Position numbers and translations under genes: made by a program
Shown here: piece after piece, positions 31,081 through 40,726 of the stretch
Layout of the letters: each line of letters opens with the position of its first letter
How positions within the stretch are numbered: position 1 is the stretch's first letter
Assembly (NCBI GenBank): GCA_964247475.1
Contig: CAXTUS010000002.1
Coordinates: 945 to 64,944 of the forward strand
From: an uncultured Acidobacteriaceae bacterium
GTDB taxonomy: Bacteria > Acidobacteriota > Terriglobia > Terriglobales > Acidobacteriaceae
Reading direction: 5' to 3'
DNA: 64,000 nt
The notes under the pieces: model-generated
What the model saw: only the letters and a program-made list of their open reading frames with translations
Database searches by the model: none
What the model was told of the DNA's origin: nothing

Positions 31081-32673
31081 ATGCGACGTTGTGCCCTGCT
31101 GCTGGCTTCTCTGACGATGTCTCTTCCTCTGCTGCTGCCGTCGCCGGCCCGCGGCTACTCCGTGCTGTCGCACGAGGAGGTCGTCGACATGGCATGGAAG
31201 GACCAGATCGTACCCCTGCTCAAGGCCCGCTACCCGGCGTTGACGGCGGACGATCTGCGCCACGCGCACGCCTTTGCCTATGGTGGGTCCGTGATCCAGG
31301 ACATCGGCTACTATCCGTTCGGCTCACCCTACTTCTCGGACCTGCTGCATTATGTCCGGCCCAATGAATTTGTACAGGCGCTGATCCGGGATTCGAAGAC
31401 GCCTGACGAGTACGCCTTTGCGCTCGGCGCGTTGGCCCACTTCTGCGGCGATACCACCGGTCATCCGATCATCAACCAGGTGACTGCAGATGAGAACCCG
31501 AAGCTGAAGCGGCGCTTTGGCCGGACGGTCACGTACGCGGAGGACAAGACGGCGCACCTTCGCACGGAGTTCGGCTTCGATGTGGTCGAGATCGCACAGG
31601 GCCACTATTCGCAGCAGGACTATCACGATTTCATCGGCTTCCAGGTGGCCAAGCCACTGCTGGAACAGGCGTTCCGCCAGACCTACGGGCTCGAGGTTGC
31701 GGACATCATCAAGCACGAGGACCTGGCGATCAGCACCTACCGGACGGCGGTCTCGAACATGATCCCGAAGTTCACGAGGATCGCGTTCGTCAGCTACCAG
31801 GGCGAGATCGAGAAGGCTGCGCCGGGCACCGAGAAGGCGAAGTTCATCTACCGCCTGAACAAGACGGAGTACAGGACGCAGTTTGGCAAGGAGCATGTGC
31901 ATGTCTCTGCCGGCGGCCGCATCGTCGCGGTGCTGATGCACGTAGTCCCGAAGGTCGGGCCGTTCAAGGCGATGAAGCTTACCCTGCCGAACGCCGACCA
32001 GCAGGTGACGTGTTTGAAGAGCATCAATGCCACGGTCGACAAGTACCGCTTCTACCTGGCGCAGATCCATGCCGATCCGATGCCGGTGCCTCCACCTGAT
32101 GCACAGGATGTAGCCGCCGCGAAAGATGCGGCCGCAAAGGTGGCGAAGGACGCAACACGCATTGCGAAGGAGGCCGACAAGGCCAAGGATCCGGAGGAGA
32201 AGATCGCCAAGCAGGATGAGGCTGCAAAGGTTGGGCAGACAGCGCAGAAAGCGATGAACGCCGCCGCGCGGACCGAGGCGAAGGCCCAGACGGCTCCGCC
32301 GGCCGCCAGGCAGGAGGCGCAGGCTGCGGCGGCGGCATATCCTCCACCGACCGCGCCGAAGCTCCCGGAGATTGACATGGACACCGGTCAGCCAGCCGCG
32401 GCGGGCGAATATCCATTGGCTGACGAAGCCTACGCGCATCTGCTGAACGACCTGGTCAAGCCGGCCGTCGGGCCTGCGAACAACCATGAGGTGACGGTCG
32501 AGCTTGCCGCTGATATCCAGGGATTCTTTGCGCACCAGGCACAGCCAACCGGCTCACCCGCCTCGAAGAAAGAAGCCGAAAAGCAAGCCGCCATGATGCG
32601 CCAGGTGAACACCGATCTTGCGACCTTGAAGTCCTTGCAGCCGGGCGCGACCAAGCTTGCGGCGAATGATTAG
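31081..32673 (+). CDS. Zinc-dependent phospholipase C-like secreted protein
   Basis: Signal peptide, YSVLSHEEVVD, QDIGYYP, ALAHFCGD, HLRTEFGFD; Ala/Lys-rich C-terminal insert. Confidence 0.8.
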   Translation: MRRCALLLASLTMSLPLLLPSPARGYSVLSHEEVVDMAWKDQIVPLLKARYPALTADDLRHAHAFAYGGSVIQDIGYYPFGSPYFSDLLHYVRPNEFVQALIRDSKTPDEYAFALGALAHFCGDTTGHPIINQVTADENPKLKRRFGRTVTYAEDKTAHLRTEFGFDVVEIAQGHYSQQDYHDFIGFQVAKPLLEQAFRQTYGLEVADIIKHEDLAISTYRTAVSNMIPKFTRIAFVSYQGEIEKAAPGTEKAKFIYRLNKTEYRTQFGKEHVHVSAGGRIVAVLMHVVPKVGPFKAMKLTLPNADQQVTCLKSINATVDKYRFYLAQIHADPMPVPPPDAQDVAAAKDAAAKVAKDATRIAKEADKAKDPEEKIAKQDEAAKVGQTAQKAMNAAARTEAKAQTAPPAARQEAQAAAAAYPPPTAPKLPEIDMDTGQPAAAGEYPLADEAYAHLLNDLVKPAVGPANNHEVTVELAADIQGFFAHQAQPTGSPASKKEAEKQAAMMRQVNTDLATLKSLQPGATKLAAND

Positions 32674-32769
32674 GGGCCCGCGGCGACCGCGCCCTGATGC
32701 GAGAAGGCTCTACGCGTCCAGTGAACGCGCGCTCGCGCTCCTGATCCACGAAGGGGTTGTCGCCCGCGA

Positions 32770-33486
32770 CTAGGACGCCGTTTCTGTTGCTTTCAGTCTC
32801 TGCCCGAAGATCGCCGTACCAATGCGGACGCAGGTGGACCCTTCTTCAATGGCAGCGGCGAAGTCATTCGACATCCCCATCGAAAGTCCGGTGAGTGTGG
32901 GATACGTCGAAAGCTGTTCATCGCGCATGCGCCGCAGTTCTCGGAAGTAGGGTCGTGCTTCATCGCCGGCGCGGCTCACCTCCGCAGGCCACGGCGGGAC
33001 TGTCATCAGGCCGGTCGGTACCAGAGCTTCAAGTGGGACCAGGGCTCTGCGCAGCGACGGCAGGTCAGCGGGTGCGAGACCGTGTTTCGATGCTTCGTGC
33101 GACAGCTTGACCTCAATCAGGATCGGCAGCTTTCTGCCTAAGACTCGTGCGGTGTCGTTCAGGCGCTGCGCGGTGCGGAGTGTATCGACGGTGTCGATGG
33201 ATTGGAAGAGTTCAGCGGCACGGGTGGTCTTGTTCGACTGCAGAGGGCCGATGAGGTGCATCTCGAGCCCTGGCAGCGAGGCGGCGGTGAGCGCCTTCTG
33301 CTGCCACTCCTGGACCTTGTTTTCGCCGAAGAGACGCTGGCCCGAGGCGTATGCCTCGACCAGGCACTCGACAGGATGAACCTTCGAGACGGCCATCAGG
33401 GCAACGCTTTCGGCGGGGCGCCCGGCGCGGGCACAGGCGCTGGCGACTTCTGCGCGAATTCGGCTGAGATTTTCGGCGATTGACAT
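32770..33486 (-). CDS. yggS: YggS family PLP-binding protein
   Basis: LMAVSK, FGENKVQE, HLIGPLQSNK, GLSMGMSNDF, VRIGTAIFG. Confidence 0.95.
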   Translation of the reverse strand: MSIAENLSRIRAEVASACARAGRPAESVALMAVSKVHPVECLVEAYASGQRLFGENKVQEWQQKALTAASLPGLEMHLIGPLQSNKTTRAAELFQSIDTVDTLRTAQRLNDTARVLGRKLPILIEVKLSHEASKHGLAPADLPSLRRALVPLEALVPTGLMTVPPWPAEVSRAGDEARPYFRELRRMRDEQLSTYPTLTGLSMGMSNDFAAAIEEGSTCVRIGTAIFGQRLKATETAS

Positions 33487-33623
33487 AGGAGAACAACGCG
33501 TAAGCAGCACGGTCGGCGGGCCGGGCTGGCGCTGCGCCGGCATGCGGAGCCTTACCTTGCAAGTCTAGTCGAAAGCTGCTGCAGATGGGCTCAGGGACAC
33601 ACTGGTTGGCTCAAGAAGACCAT

Positions 33624-34175
33624 CTACCAGTCGTTCCGCTGAACAATCGAAGGCTGCTTGCCATGGTGTCCGTGCAAAGCCCAGTCAAGGCGCGCACGAA
33701 CGTCTTTCTCACGGACCTCGCCCTCGATCTTGCCGATGATCTCGCCCTCTGCGTCAAGGATCAGGGTTGCCGGTACCAGCTTGCCAAGATTTAGCGCGGC
33801 GAGTGTTTCGTCCGAAGCGCCTATCCAGATGGGCAGATGGAAGTTGCGCTTTTGAACGATGCTGTCGATCTTGCTGCGGGTGTCTGGGGCGTCGATCGAG
33901 ACGGCGATGAAGCGGACCTGCTGCGCTGCATAATCCTCTGAAAGCTTCTGAAGACGAGGCATCTCTTCGCGGCAAGGTCCGCACCAGGTGGCCCAGAAGT
34001 TGACTACTGCGGGATGCCCGCGCAGCTCTTCGAATTGATGCGTGCTGCCCTCACGATCCTCGAATTGAATCGACGGGGCGGCAGGCTCGGCGGCCGTGTG
34101 GGCAGGCACCAGCAAGAAGGGGAGCAGGCAGGCAGTCAGAGGAAGCCTCAGGCGGATTTTCAGCGTTTGATTCAT
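33624..34175 (-). CDS. TlpA/ResA-family thiol-disulfide oxidoreductase
   Basis: VVNFWATWCGPCREEMP, VPATLILD; exported N-terminus. Confidence 0.9.
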   Translation of the reverse strand: MNQTLKIRLRLPLTACLLPFLLVPAHTAAEPAAPSIQFEDREGSTHQFEELRGHPAVVNFWATWCGPCREEMPRLQKLSEDYAAQQVRFIAVSIDAPDTRSKIDSIVQKRNFHLPIWIGASDETLAALNLGKLVPATLILDAEGEIIGKIEGEVREKDVRARLDWALHGHHGKQPSIVQRNDW

Positions 34176-34290
34176 GTCAGGGCCAGTATAGGGAGAGCGA
34201 AGGGGACAGGCGTCGGTCAAAAGGAGGATGGAAAGTCCGATCCAAATGGCGGCGCGTCCGGTGGCTTCAGCAGGCTAATGTGACTGCGCT

Positions 34291-35382
34291 ATGAAAACTG
34301 CATTTCTTACCCGCCCAATCCTTGCGATGGCTTTTGCCGCAATGCTCTGGCCATCCGCCCTGCTTTCGAACGCTCACGGGCAGGGCTGCCTGGCCGCGCA
34401 CACCAGCAGCACGATCCAGGGCTGCCTGACGTCAAGCGGCGAGAACGTCAGCGACAGCAAGTCTCACTTCTTGCGCAATCATCCGCTGACGGTTGAGGTG
34501 GACTGGCGTTCGTTCAGCTCATTTCGCCACTTCAGCGGAGAGGTGGAGAATACACAGCGCGCGGTGTTGAATACGCAGATCAAGAATCATCAGAACATCT
34601 ACAACATCAGCACCGATCTGCAGCTGACGCCGCGCTGGTCGGTGAACGTCTTTGTCCCGGTTCTGCAGGGCACGCGCAATCAAAAGTACGCGCCCTACGG
34701 GATCTACGACATAGCCGGGATCGGCGACATGATCGTGGGGGCGCAGGCATGGGTGTTGCGGCCGCCGGCCGAGAATGGCGGCAACGTCGCCTTCAGCGTT
34801 GGCCTCAAGCTGCCGACCGGATTGAACAATGGCATGGGTACGGCGAAGCTGGCGAACGGCACGGTGCAGAAGGCGGTGGCCGACCAGTCCCTGCAGCCGG
34901 GCGACGGGACCTGGGGCTTCACGCTTGGCAGCCAGGCCTACAAGAACACGTACTTTCACTTGGTCGGCTACTTCCAGGGTTCGTGGCTGTTCAGCCCGGC
35001 CGATACCAACGGGGTCCCGACGTTCCGGGCGGCGCAGCTTGAAAGCGCGATGTCGGCGACCGATCAGTACCTGTTTCGCGCGGGCCTTTCACGGCATGTG
35101 CCGAAGCTGCGTGGGCTGGCTGCCAGCTTTGGCGGCCGCATGGAAGGAATCCCGGTGCGTGATGCGTTCGGCAAGAGCGACGGATTCCGCAGGCCGGGAT
35201 ACATCATCTCGATTGAGCCGGCGCTGCAGTACCAGCGTCGTCGCGAGATGATCTCGCTGACTGCACCCTGGGCGATCCAGCGGAACCGGCGTGCGTCGGT
35301 GACGGACCTGGCGCGCGGCACCCATGGGGACGCTGCCTTCGCCGATTACGCGGTTGTGCTGAGCGCCTCGCATACGTTCTGA
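34291..35382 (+). CDS. Exported hypothetical protein, probable outer-membrane beta-barrel
   Basis: Signal peptide then QGC, GIGDM, GLKLPTG, DQSLQPGDG and amphipathic strands ending in LSASHTF. Confidence 0.7.
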   Translation: MKTAFLTRPILAMAFAAMLWPSALLSNAHGQGCLAAHTSSTIQGCLTSSGENVSDSKSHFLRNHPLTVEVDWRSFSSFRHFSGEVENTQRAVLNTQIKNHQNIYNISTDLQLTPRWSVNVFVPVLQGTRNQKYAPYGIYDIAGIGDMIVGAQAWVLRPPAENGGNVAFSVGLKLPTGLNNGMGTAKLANGTVQKAVADQSLQPGDGTWGFTLGSQAYKNTYFHLVGYFQGSWLFSPADTNGVPTFRAAQLESAMSATDQYLFRAGLSRHVPKLRGLAASFGGRMEGIPVRDAFGKSDGFRRPGYIISIEPALQYQRRREMISLTAPWAIQRNRRASVTDLARGTHGDAAFADYAVVLSASHTF

Positions 35383-35528
35383 GCGCAAGAGCTCTGTTCG
35401 TTCGTCGGCCCGGGGGTGCGCGGCGGTGCCCGTAGCGGTGCTCGAGTCAGCTCTGCCGGCGCAGCATCACCGCTCATCTGCACAAGGGCCACGCTGAGTT
35501 GCTGGTAGGCCTGCGTCTGGATCAGGGT

Positions 35529-35582
35529 CAGTCGGTCAGTCGGTAAGTCGGTCAGTCGGTCGCGCTCGCTCGCTCAGTCGGT
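35529..35582. repeat. Short tandem repeat (cagtcggt)n
   Basis: Four adjacent 8-mers at 35529-35560 (one is aagtcggt), plus another copy at 35575-35582. Confidence 0.8.
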
Positions 35583-35589
35583 CGCTCGG

Positions 35590-35961
35590 TCAAACGGCCA
35601 GGAAGGTGACGCACACCCCATTCGGATCGATCGCCGAGAACTCGGTCCCCCAGGGCCTGGTCTGGAGGCCGCCGTTGGGATGCACCGGTCCGCCGCGATC
35701 CTTGAACTCGAGGTAGAACGCCTGGATGTCTTTGACGGCGAAGCGCACCATGGTCTGATCGCCCACGGTTCTGGCAAGCTGCTTATCGGCCATGGCGGCT
35801 AGGTGGAGGAAACTGCCGTCGCGTTCGAGGCCGGCGTAGGTAGGCGGGTTGTGGTCGGTGAACGAGACGGTAAAGCCGCAGATCTTGGTCCACCAGTCGA
35901 TGGATGCCTGGACGTCGGCTGCGGGGAGGATAGGGATCGCCTGCTGAAAGGTCGCGGACAT
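35590..35961 (-). CDS. VOC/bleomycin-resistance family protein
   Basis: AIPILPAADVQASIDWW, YAGLERDG, TRPWGTEFSAIDPNG; start ATG 35961. Confidence 0.85.
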   Translation of the reverse strand: MSATFQQAIPILPAADVQASIDWWTKICGFTVSFTDHNPPTYAGLERDGSFLHLAAMADKQLARTVGDQTMVRFAVKDIQAFYLEFKDRGGPVHPNGGLQTRPWGTEFSAIDPNGVCVTFLAV

Positions 35962-36144
35962 GGCGGCAGGATACATCAGAAGCAATTCCAACCCTGCTCT
36001 GACGTCCGACAGGCGCGACTCCGTGGAGCGGGACCGCTTGAGCGCGTCGATGATGCAGGTAAACACCAGCTTCCTGCGCGCCCAAGCGCCGCCGCCCCGC
36101 CATGTGGTCGCCGTCCGCGATCAGGACGCGGTTGCTGTTGTTCT

Positions 36145-37062
36145 TTAGGGTTTCTGCGTTGCGGCCTGTGCGGCCAGTTTTTCCCGGTGTTTTTGAATGT
36201 AGTGGGCGGCGATGTCCGGGTAGAACTCGCGAATGGAACTGAAGGCGATGTCACGCATGGCCGAGTACGCGAACTTGGTGGCGAGAACGCCGAAGTCCGA
36301 CGTGCCAGTGGGATAGTAGAAGCGCGAAATGTACTGGGTGAGCACCTTGCCGCCGAGTCCCGCGATGTTTGGCGTCTCACTGCCGCCGTAGGTGCGGGTC
36401 ACGGCCTGGCGGCTGATGACGTAGAGCGACCGGCGCAGAACGCTGCCGTGGCCGAGCGCATAGTAGCGCGTGTCCTCGTGGAGCAGAGAGGGCAGGAGCC
36501 AGGCCTGCAGATACGTGCCATCGGTCTTATCGAGGAAGCCGCGCCAGGTGTAGGCGTAGAAGCCCGGGACGCCTTTGCCAAGCGCGGGGTGCGAGTTGAT
36601 GCCCTCGGCAGCGAGCGAGGTGATGCCGAGGAAGATGAAGCTTGAATAGTCGGTGGCCTGCCGGGTGGCGACGGTGAAGTTGTACTTCCAGCCCGGAGGA
36701 TGGGGAACGGAGCCGCCCGAGACCGAACGGAAGTTGGGCATGAAGCCGAGGATGCGCTGCGGCTGCTGCTGGTTCAGCGGCACCGGGTTGCCATCTCTGT
36801 CGACGGCGACCGGGGCCTGCGGACGCTTCGGTTTGCCGTCCTGCCTCGCCGGCGCTGCCTTGGCCGTCTGTGCGCTGGGATACAGGCTAAAGCCTGACGG
36901 GCCGACCGAGGACGATGAGTCAGGGGGGAAGACAGGCTGGTCTTCAGGGTTGAGCAGTACGGATGGAGTGTTTGGCGGGGCCATCTCTGCCAGGGCGAGC
37001 TGCTGCGCGCGGGCGGATGGAAGAAGAGCGACGGCGCAGAGAAGGATGATGCTGAGACGCAA
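36145..37062 (-). CDS. Secreted/membrane hypothetical protein
   Basis: Signal-like LRLSIILLCAVALLPSARA, QPQRILGFMPNFRSV, LLHEDTRYY; start uncertain (TTG 37062). Confidence 0.75.
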   Translation of the reverse strand: MRLSIILLCAVALLPSARAQQLALAEMAPPNTPSVLLNPEDQPVFPPDSSSSVGPSGFSLYPSAQTAKAAPARQDGKPKRPQAPVAVDRDGNPVPLNQQQPQRILGFMPNFRSVSGGSVPHPPGWKYNFTVATRQATDYSSFIFLGITSLAAEGINSHPALGKGVPGFYAYTWRGFLDKTDGTYLQAWLLPSLLHEDTRYYALGHGSVLRRSLYVISRQAVTRTYGGSETPNIAGLGGKVLTQYISRFYYPTGTSDFGVLATKFAYSAMRDIAFSSIREFYPDIAAHYIQKHREKLAAQAATQKP

Positions 37063-37221
37063 GTTGACTCCGGGGTTGAGCTTTACGGGCCTGTTGCATA
37101 GACGTCGAAAAAGCGGCGGAGTTGCAGATCGACCACGCCCCGCGCTACCGGGGCGCAAAGTGGAGTGGATGCGGAGAGAGCCGGCCCTGTTCTGAGGGGC
37201 CGGAAAGCTCGAAGAGAGGGT

Positions 37222-38178
37222 TCAGCGGCCGTGCTCTTCGAGGTACTTTTCTACCTCAAGCGCGGCCATGCAGCCGCTGCCTGCAGCGGTGATTGCCTGG
37301 CGATACTTGCGGTCCTTGATGTCGCCCGCACAAAAGACACCGGGCAGTATCTCCCCGTTGTGCGTGACGTAGACATCATCCTTGGCCAGGATGTAGCCGT
37401 CCTCGTCCAGGTCCATCCGGCCCCTGAACGCCTGCGCGTTGGGGATGTGGCCGATGCCGAGGAACATGAAGGAGACCGGGAGGGTGTCCTCTTCGCCCGT
37501 AAGGGTGTTCTTGAGGCGAAGACCTTTGACGTCTTTTTCTTCAACGCCGAGGACCTCTTCGACGATGGTCGAGGTACGGAACTCGATGGAGGGGTGAGCC
37601 TTGGCGCGCTCGAGCATGATGGGCGAGGCGCGGAACCGGTCGGTGCGGTTGATGAGCGTGACTTTGCTCGCGAAGCGCGTCAGGAAGAGGGCTTCCTCCA
37701 TGGCGGAGTCGCCGCCGCCAATGACGGCGATGGGTTTGCCGGAGGCGAAGAAACCGTCGCAGGTGGCACAGGAGCTGACGCCGTGGCCGATCAGGGCCTG
37801 CTCGGACGGCAGATTGAGCCAACGTGCGGTGGCCCCGGAGGCGATGATCAGGGTGCGTGTGTGGATGGTCTCGGCGCCGACCTGCAGCTTGATAGGGTGC
37901 GCGGTGAGATCGGCGGAGGTGAGGTGCGCCATGCGGAACTCGGCGCCGAAGCGCTGCGCCTGCTTCTTCATGTTCTCGATCAGCTCGGGCCCCTGGATCC
38001 CCTCGGGCCATCCGGGAAAATTTTCTACCAGGGTGGTGATCGAGAGCTGGCCGCCGGGCTCGTGACCTTCAAAGACCAGGGGCTTGAGGTTCGAACGACC
38101 GGCGTAGATGGCGGCGGTAAGGCCGGCGCATCCGGAGCCGAGAATAACGACATCGCGTGTTTCGGTGGTGGGTTCCAT
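37222..38178 (-). CDS. trxB: Thioredoxin-disulfide reductase
   Basis: ILGSGCAGLTAA, GGQL, VSSCATCDG, GGGDSAMEEA, YRQAITAAGSGCMAA. Confidence 0.97.
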   Translation of the reverse strand: MEPTTETRDVVILGSGCAGLTAAIYAGRSNLKPLVFEGHEPGGQLSITTLVENFPGWPEGIQGPELIENMKKQAQRFGAEFRMAHLTSADLTAHPIKLQVGAETIHTRTLIIASGATARWLNLPSEQALIGHGVSSCATCDGFFASGKPIAVIGGGDSAMEEALFLTRFASKVTLINRTDRFRASPIMLERAKAHPSIEFRTSTIVEEVLGVEEKDVKGLRLKNTLTGEEDTLPVSFMFLGIGHIPNAQAFRGRMDLDEDGYILAKDDVYVTHNGEILPGVFCAGDIKDRKYRQAITAAGSGCMAALEVEKYLEEHGR

Positions 38179-38317
38179 GGGCTTCTCTAGTGTAAATGCG
38201 TGCGCTCGTTAAAGGATTCATCGCGTCATACAGGGGCGGCCCGCAAGGAAGGGCTGGTCGCGGGCTGCGATCACATCTGCGCCGGAGAAACGCTTCGCGT
38301 GATGAAAGAATAGAGGG

Positions 38318-38518
38318 ATGGCTAATCTGGTGTTGGTGTACGGGATGCGTTTATTGCCGGCGGACGAGATCGCAAAGATCGACGACGCGCCGCTTGAGCT
38401 GAAGAATGGCAATCACGCGAGCGTGACGATGCACGTGCTTGAGGGGAGCCGCGAACAGATCGAAGCACAGCTGCGGCTGAGCCTCGATGCATTCTTCGAC
38501 TTCTACCCTGAGATCTAG
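38318..38518 (+). CDS. Small hypothetical protein (66 aa)
   Basis: AGAGGG RBS, protein-like composition, divergent from trxB. Confidence 0.7.
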   Translation: MANLVLVYGMRLLPADEIAKIDDAPLELKNGNHASVTMHVLEGSREQIEAQLRLSLDAFFDFYPEI

Positions 38519-38658
38519 TGCGGTTTGCTCGGGGACCGCAGGCTCACGGATAGCGCCTGTACCCTCCCCGGGCGCGAGCGCTGTACCGGGTTGCGACACC
38601 GCCGGTAGTTGCCGGCTGCGCCTGTCGATAGACAGGACTGGCGCAGTCGGAGGATGGT

Positions 38659-39615
38659 TTGAGCCTTAAGGGAAAGAGCAGACCGCGGCGTCGCAGCATG
38701 CCGCATGCCGGACGTCCGGACCGTGCGCGTTATCTGCAGTTGCTTTACGTTCTTCTGCTGGCCGCTTTCGGGCTGGCGCACGCGCCGCGGACAACCGCGC
38801 AGGCCGGAAGAGTGGCTGCGAGACCGCTGGCGAGTGTCCCTGCCCGGTCGGTCGAGGCCGCGAGCCTTCAAACCTCACCCGCAGGGCAGGCCGCTCGAGC
38901 GGCCGCCGGAGCGGGAGGTGGACCGAGCGGGACGGCCATCGACGCTGCAACGGCGGATGTTCTGCGCGGCCTGGGGGCTCGCGCATCTGTGATCTTCGCC
39001 GGACGTGTGCTCGAGATCAGCCGCAACGATGCGGCAGGCTATGTGGATATTGTCTTCCGCGTCGAAGAGCCGGTCCGTGGGTGCAGGCCGGGAGCGAACT
39101 ATGTGCTGCGGGAGTGGGCCGGACTCTGGCTCGAGTCAGAGGCGCGTTACGTGCAGGGCGAGCGCCTGTTGATGCTGCTGGCAGCGCGCGGACCGTCGGG
39201 GATGAGTGCGCCTGTCGGCGGCGCGGCCGGGGCGATTCCATTGCTTGCGACCAGGCAGCCACCGTTGCTGCACGGTGCTGCCAGGGCGCCCGCGTTCAGC
39301 ACGGCCGAAGGGGTCGACCCCGCGGCCGACCTGAGATGGGTGGAAACGCTGGTGGAGCGCCGGGTGTCTTCGGGTGGCAAAGCAAAGACGAGTAGAGACG
39401 AAGCGCAGGACCAAGCCACTCCCGAAGGGAGAGGCTGGAGCGGCCCGGTAGGCCCGTTGCCCGGAGTTTCAAAGCCGCCTCCTACCGCGCCGTTATCAAA
39501 GCTCAAGCTGCGGGCGGCCGACGCACCAGCCGGGCCGAACCTGCAGACAGTCCTCTCTCTGCTTGAACAGGCATCGGTGGTTGAGCTATCCCCCGGGGTG
39601 AGCCTTGCTCCCTGA
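38659..39615 (+). CDS. Secreted hypothetical protein with TIMP/NTR-like OB-fold pattern
   Basis: GGAGG RBS, hydrophobic signal segment, ASVIFAGRVLEI...VFRVEEPVRG...REWAGLW...RYVQGERLLMLL; overlaps the next gene. Confidence 0.6.
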   Translation: MSLKGKSRPRRRSMPHAGRPDRARYLQLLYVLLLAAFGLAHAPRTTAQAGRVAARPLASVPARSVEAASLQTSPAGQAARAAAGAGGGPSGTAIDAATADVLRGLGARASVIFAGRVLEISRNDAAGYVDIVFRVEEPVRGCRPGANYVLREWAGLWLESEARYVQGERLLMLLAARGPSGMSAPVGGAAGAIPLLATRQPPLLHGAARAPAFSTAEGVDPAADLRWVETLVERRVSSGGKAKTSRDEAQDQATPEGRGWSGPVGPLPGVSKPPPTAPLSKLKLRAADAPAGPNLQTVLSLLEQASVVELSPGVSLAP

Positions 39616-40609
39616 CTGCCTATCTTCAGGCGCTGCGTCTCCGACGAGGCCGTCCTCGCGCGTCCTCTCCCTTGGCGGAAGGTCCTTGCTGCTGCGGCGG
39701 CTTGCATGGACCGCCGCCGTACTCTTGGGAGGCATCCAGGCGGCCGGGGCGAGCGGTCCGAGATATGTCACCGGGCCACCCTTCTTTACCGGTACAGCGG
39801 GCCAGGCGATCGGTTGGCGACAGCAGAACCTGCTGTACTTCACCGATCCCGGAGACCTTGGCCCGCAGGTGAACCACGCAGCTGCGGACGCGCTGGTCGC
39901 GGCGGCGGCTGCCACCTGGAATGTGCCAGTGGCAAACATCACGCTCGGTCGCGGCGGGATCCTGGCCGAGCATGCGAGCGGGCAGAATGTGTATCTTTCG
40001 ACTGACGGTCTGGTGTGGCCGGCCGATGTGGCTCAGGCCAACGCCGCGGCTATCCCGGTCGCGGTAATCTACGACACGGATGGCTCGGTGACGGACAGCC
40101 TGCTGGGGGCTGGGGCGAGCGACCCGCGTGGCTGCCCGCAGACCGGGGTAACCGAAACGGTTGACGCGTTCGACCCGGCAGGGTACATCCTGCATGCGGT
40201 CCTGGTGCTGAATGGACGTTGTACGGGTGCTGCGCCCGAAGCCCAGCTCGAGCTGCAGTACCAGCTGGAGCGAGCCTTTGGCCGCGTGCTGGGGCTGGCC
40301 TGGTCCCAGGTGAACGACAACGTGTTTACCGGGGTACCCGCCGCGACCTACGACCAGGCGGTGCACTGGCCGATCATGCATCCGATCGATATCGTCTGCG
40401 GCGCCTATACGTTTCAGTGCATGCCGCTGCCCTTTCAGCTGCGTCCTGATGATCTGGCCGGCCTGGTAGGCCTCTACCCTGTAGCTGCGGGAGCGACGCC
40501 CGGAGCAGGCAAGTCCTTGAGCCTTGCCTTGGCAAACCAGGTGACTGGAACGGTGAGCTTCCCGAGCGGCGAAGGCATGGAGGGTGTCAATGTGCTGGTC
40601 AGGCGGTAG
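39605..40609 (+). CDS. N-terminal part of a giant surface protein (degenerate matrixin-like domain), ends at an in-frame TAG
   Basis: Signal-like N-terminus, RAFGRVLGLAWS (40271-40306) and PIMHP; the frame stays open after TAG 40607-40609 into the 40727 ORF. Confidence 0.7.
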   Translation: MLPDCLSSGAASPTRPSSRVLSLGGRSLLLRRLAWTAAVLLGGIQAAGASGPRYVTGPPFFTGTAGQAIGWRQQNLLYFTDPGDLGPQVNHAAADALVAAAAATWNVPVANITLGRGGILAEHASGQNVYLSTDGLVWPADVAQANAAAIPVAVIYDTDGSVTDSLLGAGASDPRGCPQTGVTETVDAFDPAGYILHAVLVLNGRCTGAAPEAQLELQYQLERAFGRVLGLAWSQVNDNVFTGVPAATYDQAVHWPIMHPIDIVCGAYTFQCMPLPFQLRPDDLAGLVGLYPVAAGATPGAGKSLSLALANQVTGTVSFPSGEGMEGVNVLVRR

Positions 40610-40726
40610 AACACCTTCACCAGCAGGCCTCAGGGCTGGTTCGAGACAGGGGCGGTCAGCGGCTCTCTTTTTCGCCGGTCCCCTGGCTCTCCCTTTGTAA
40701 ACCCGGCGCAGAATAGCGAGGCCAGC

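Noticed and set aside
38608-38650. GNRA-capped hairpin cctgtc-gata-gacagg upstream of the TIMP-like gene as a riboswitch
   Set aside because: A single small stem; I could not recognise any riboswitch consensus.
40607-40609. Pyrrolysine or selenocysteine recoding of the TAG
   Set aside because: Sec uses TGA. No pyl genes or tRNA are in the window, the host protein is not a methyltransferase, and another TAG (28294) clearly belongs to a decaying gene. Kept only as a minor alternative.
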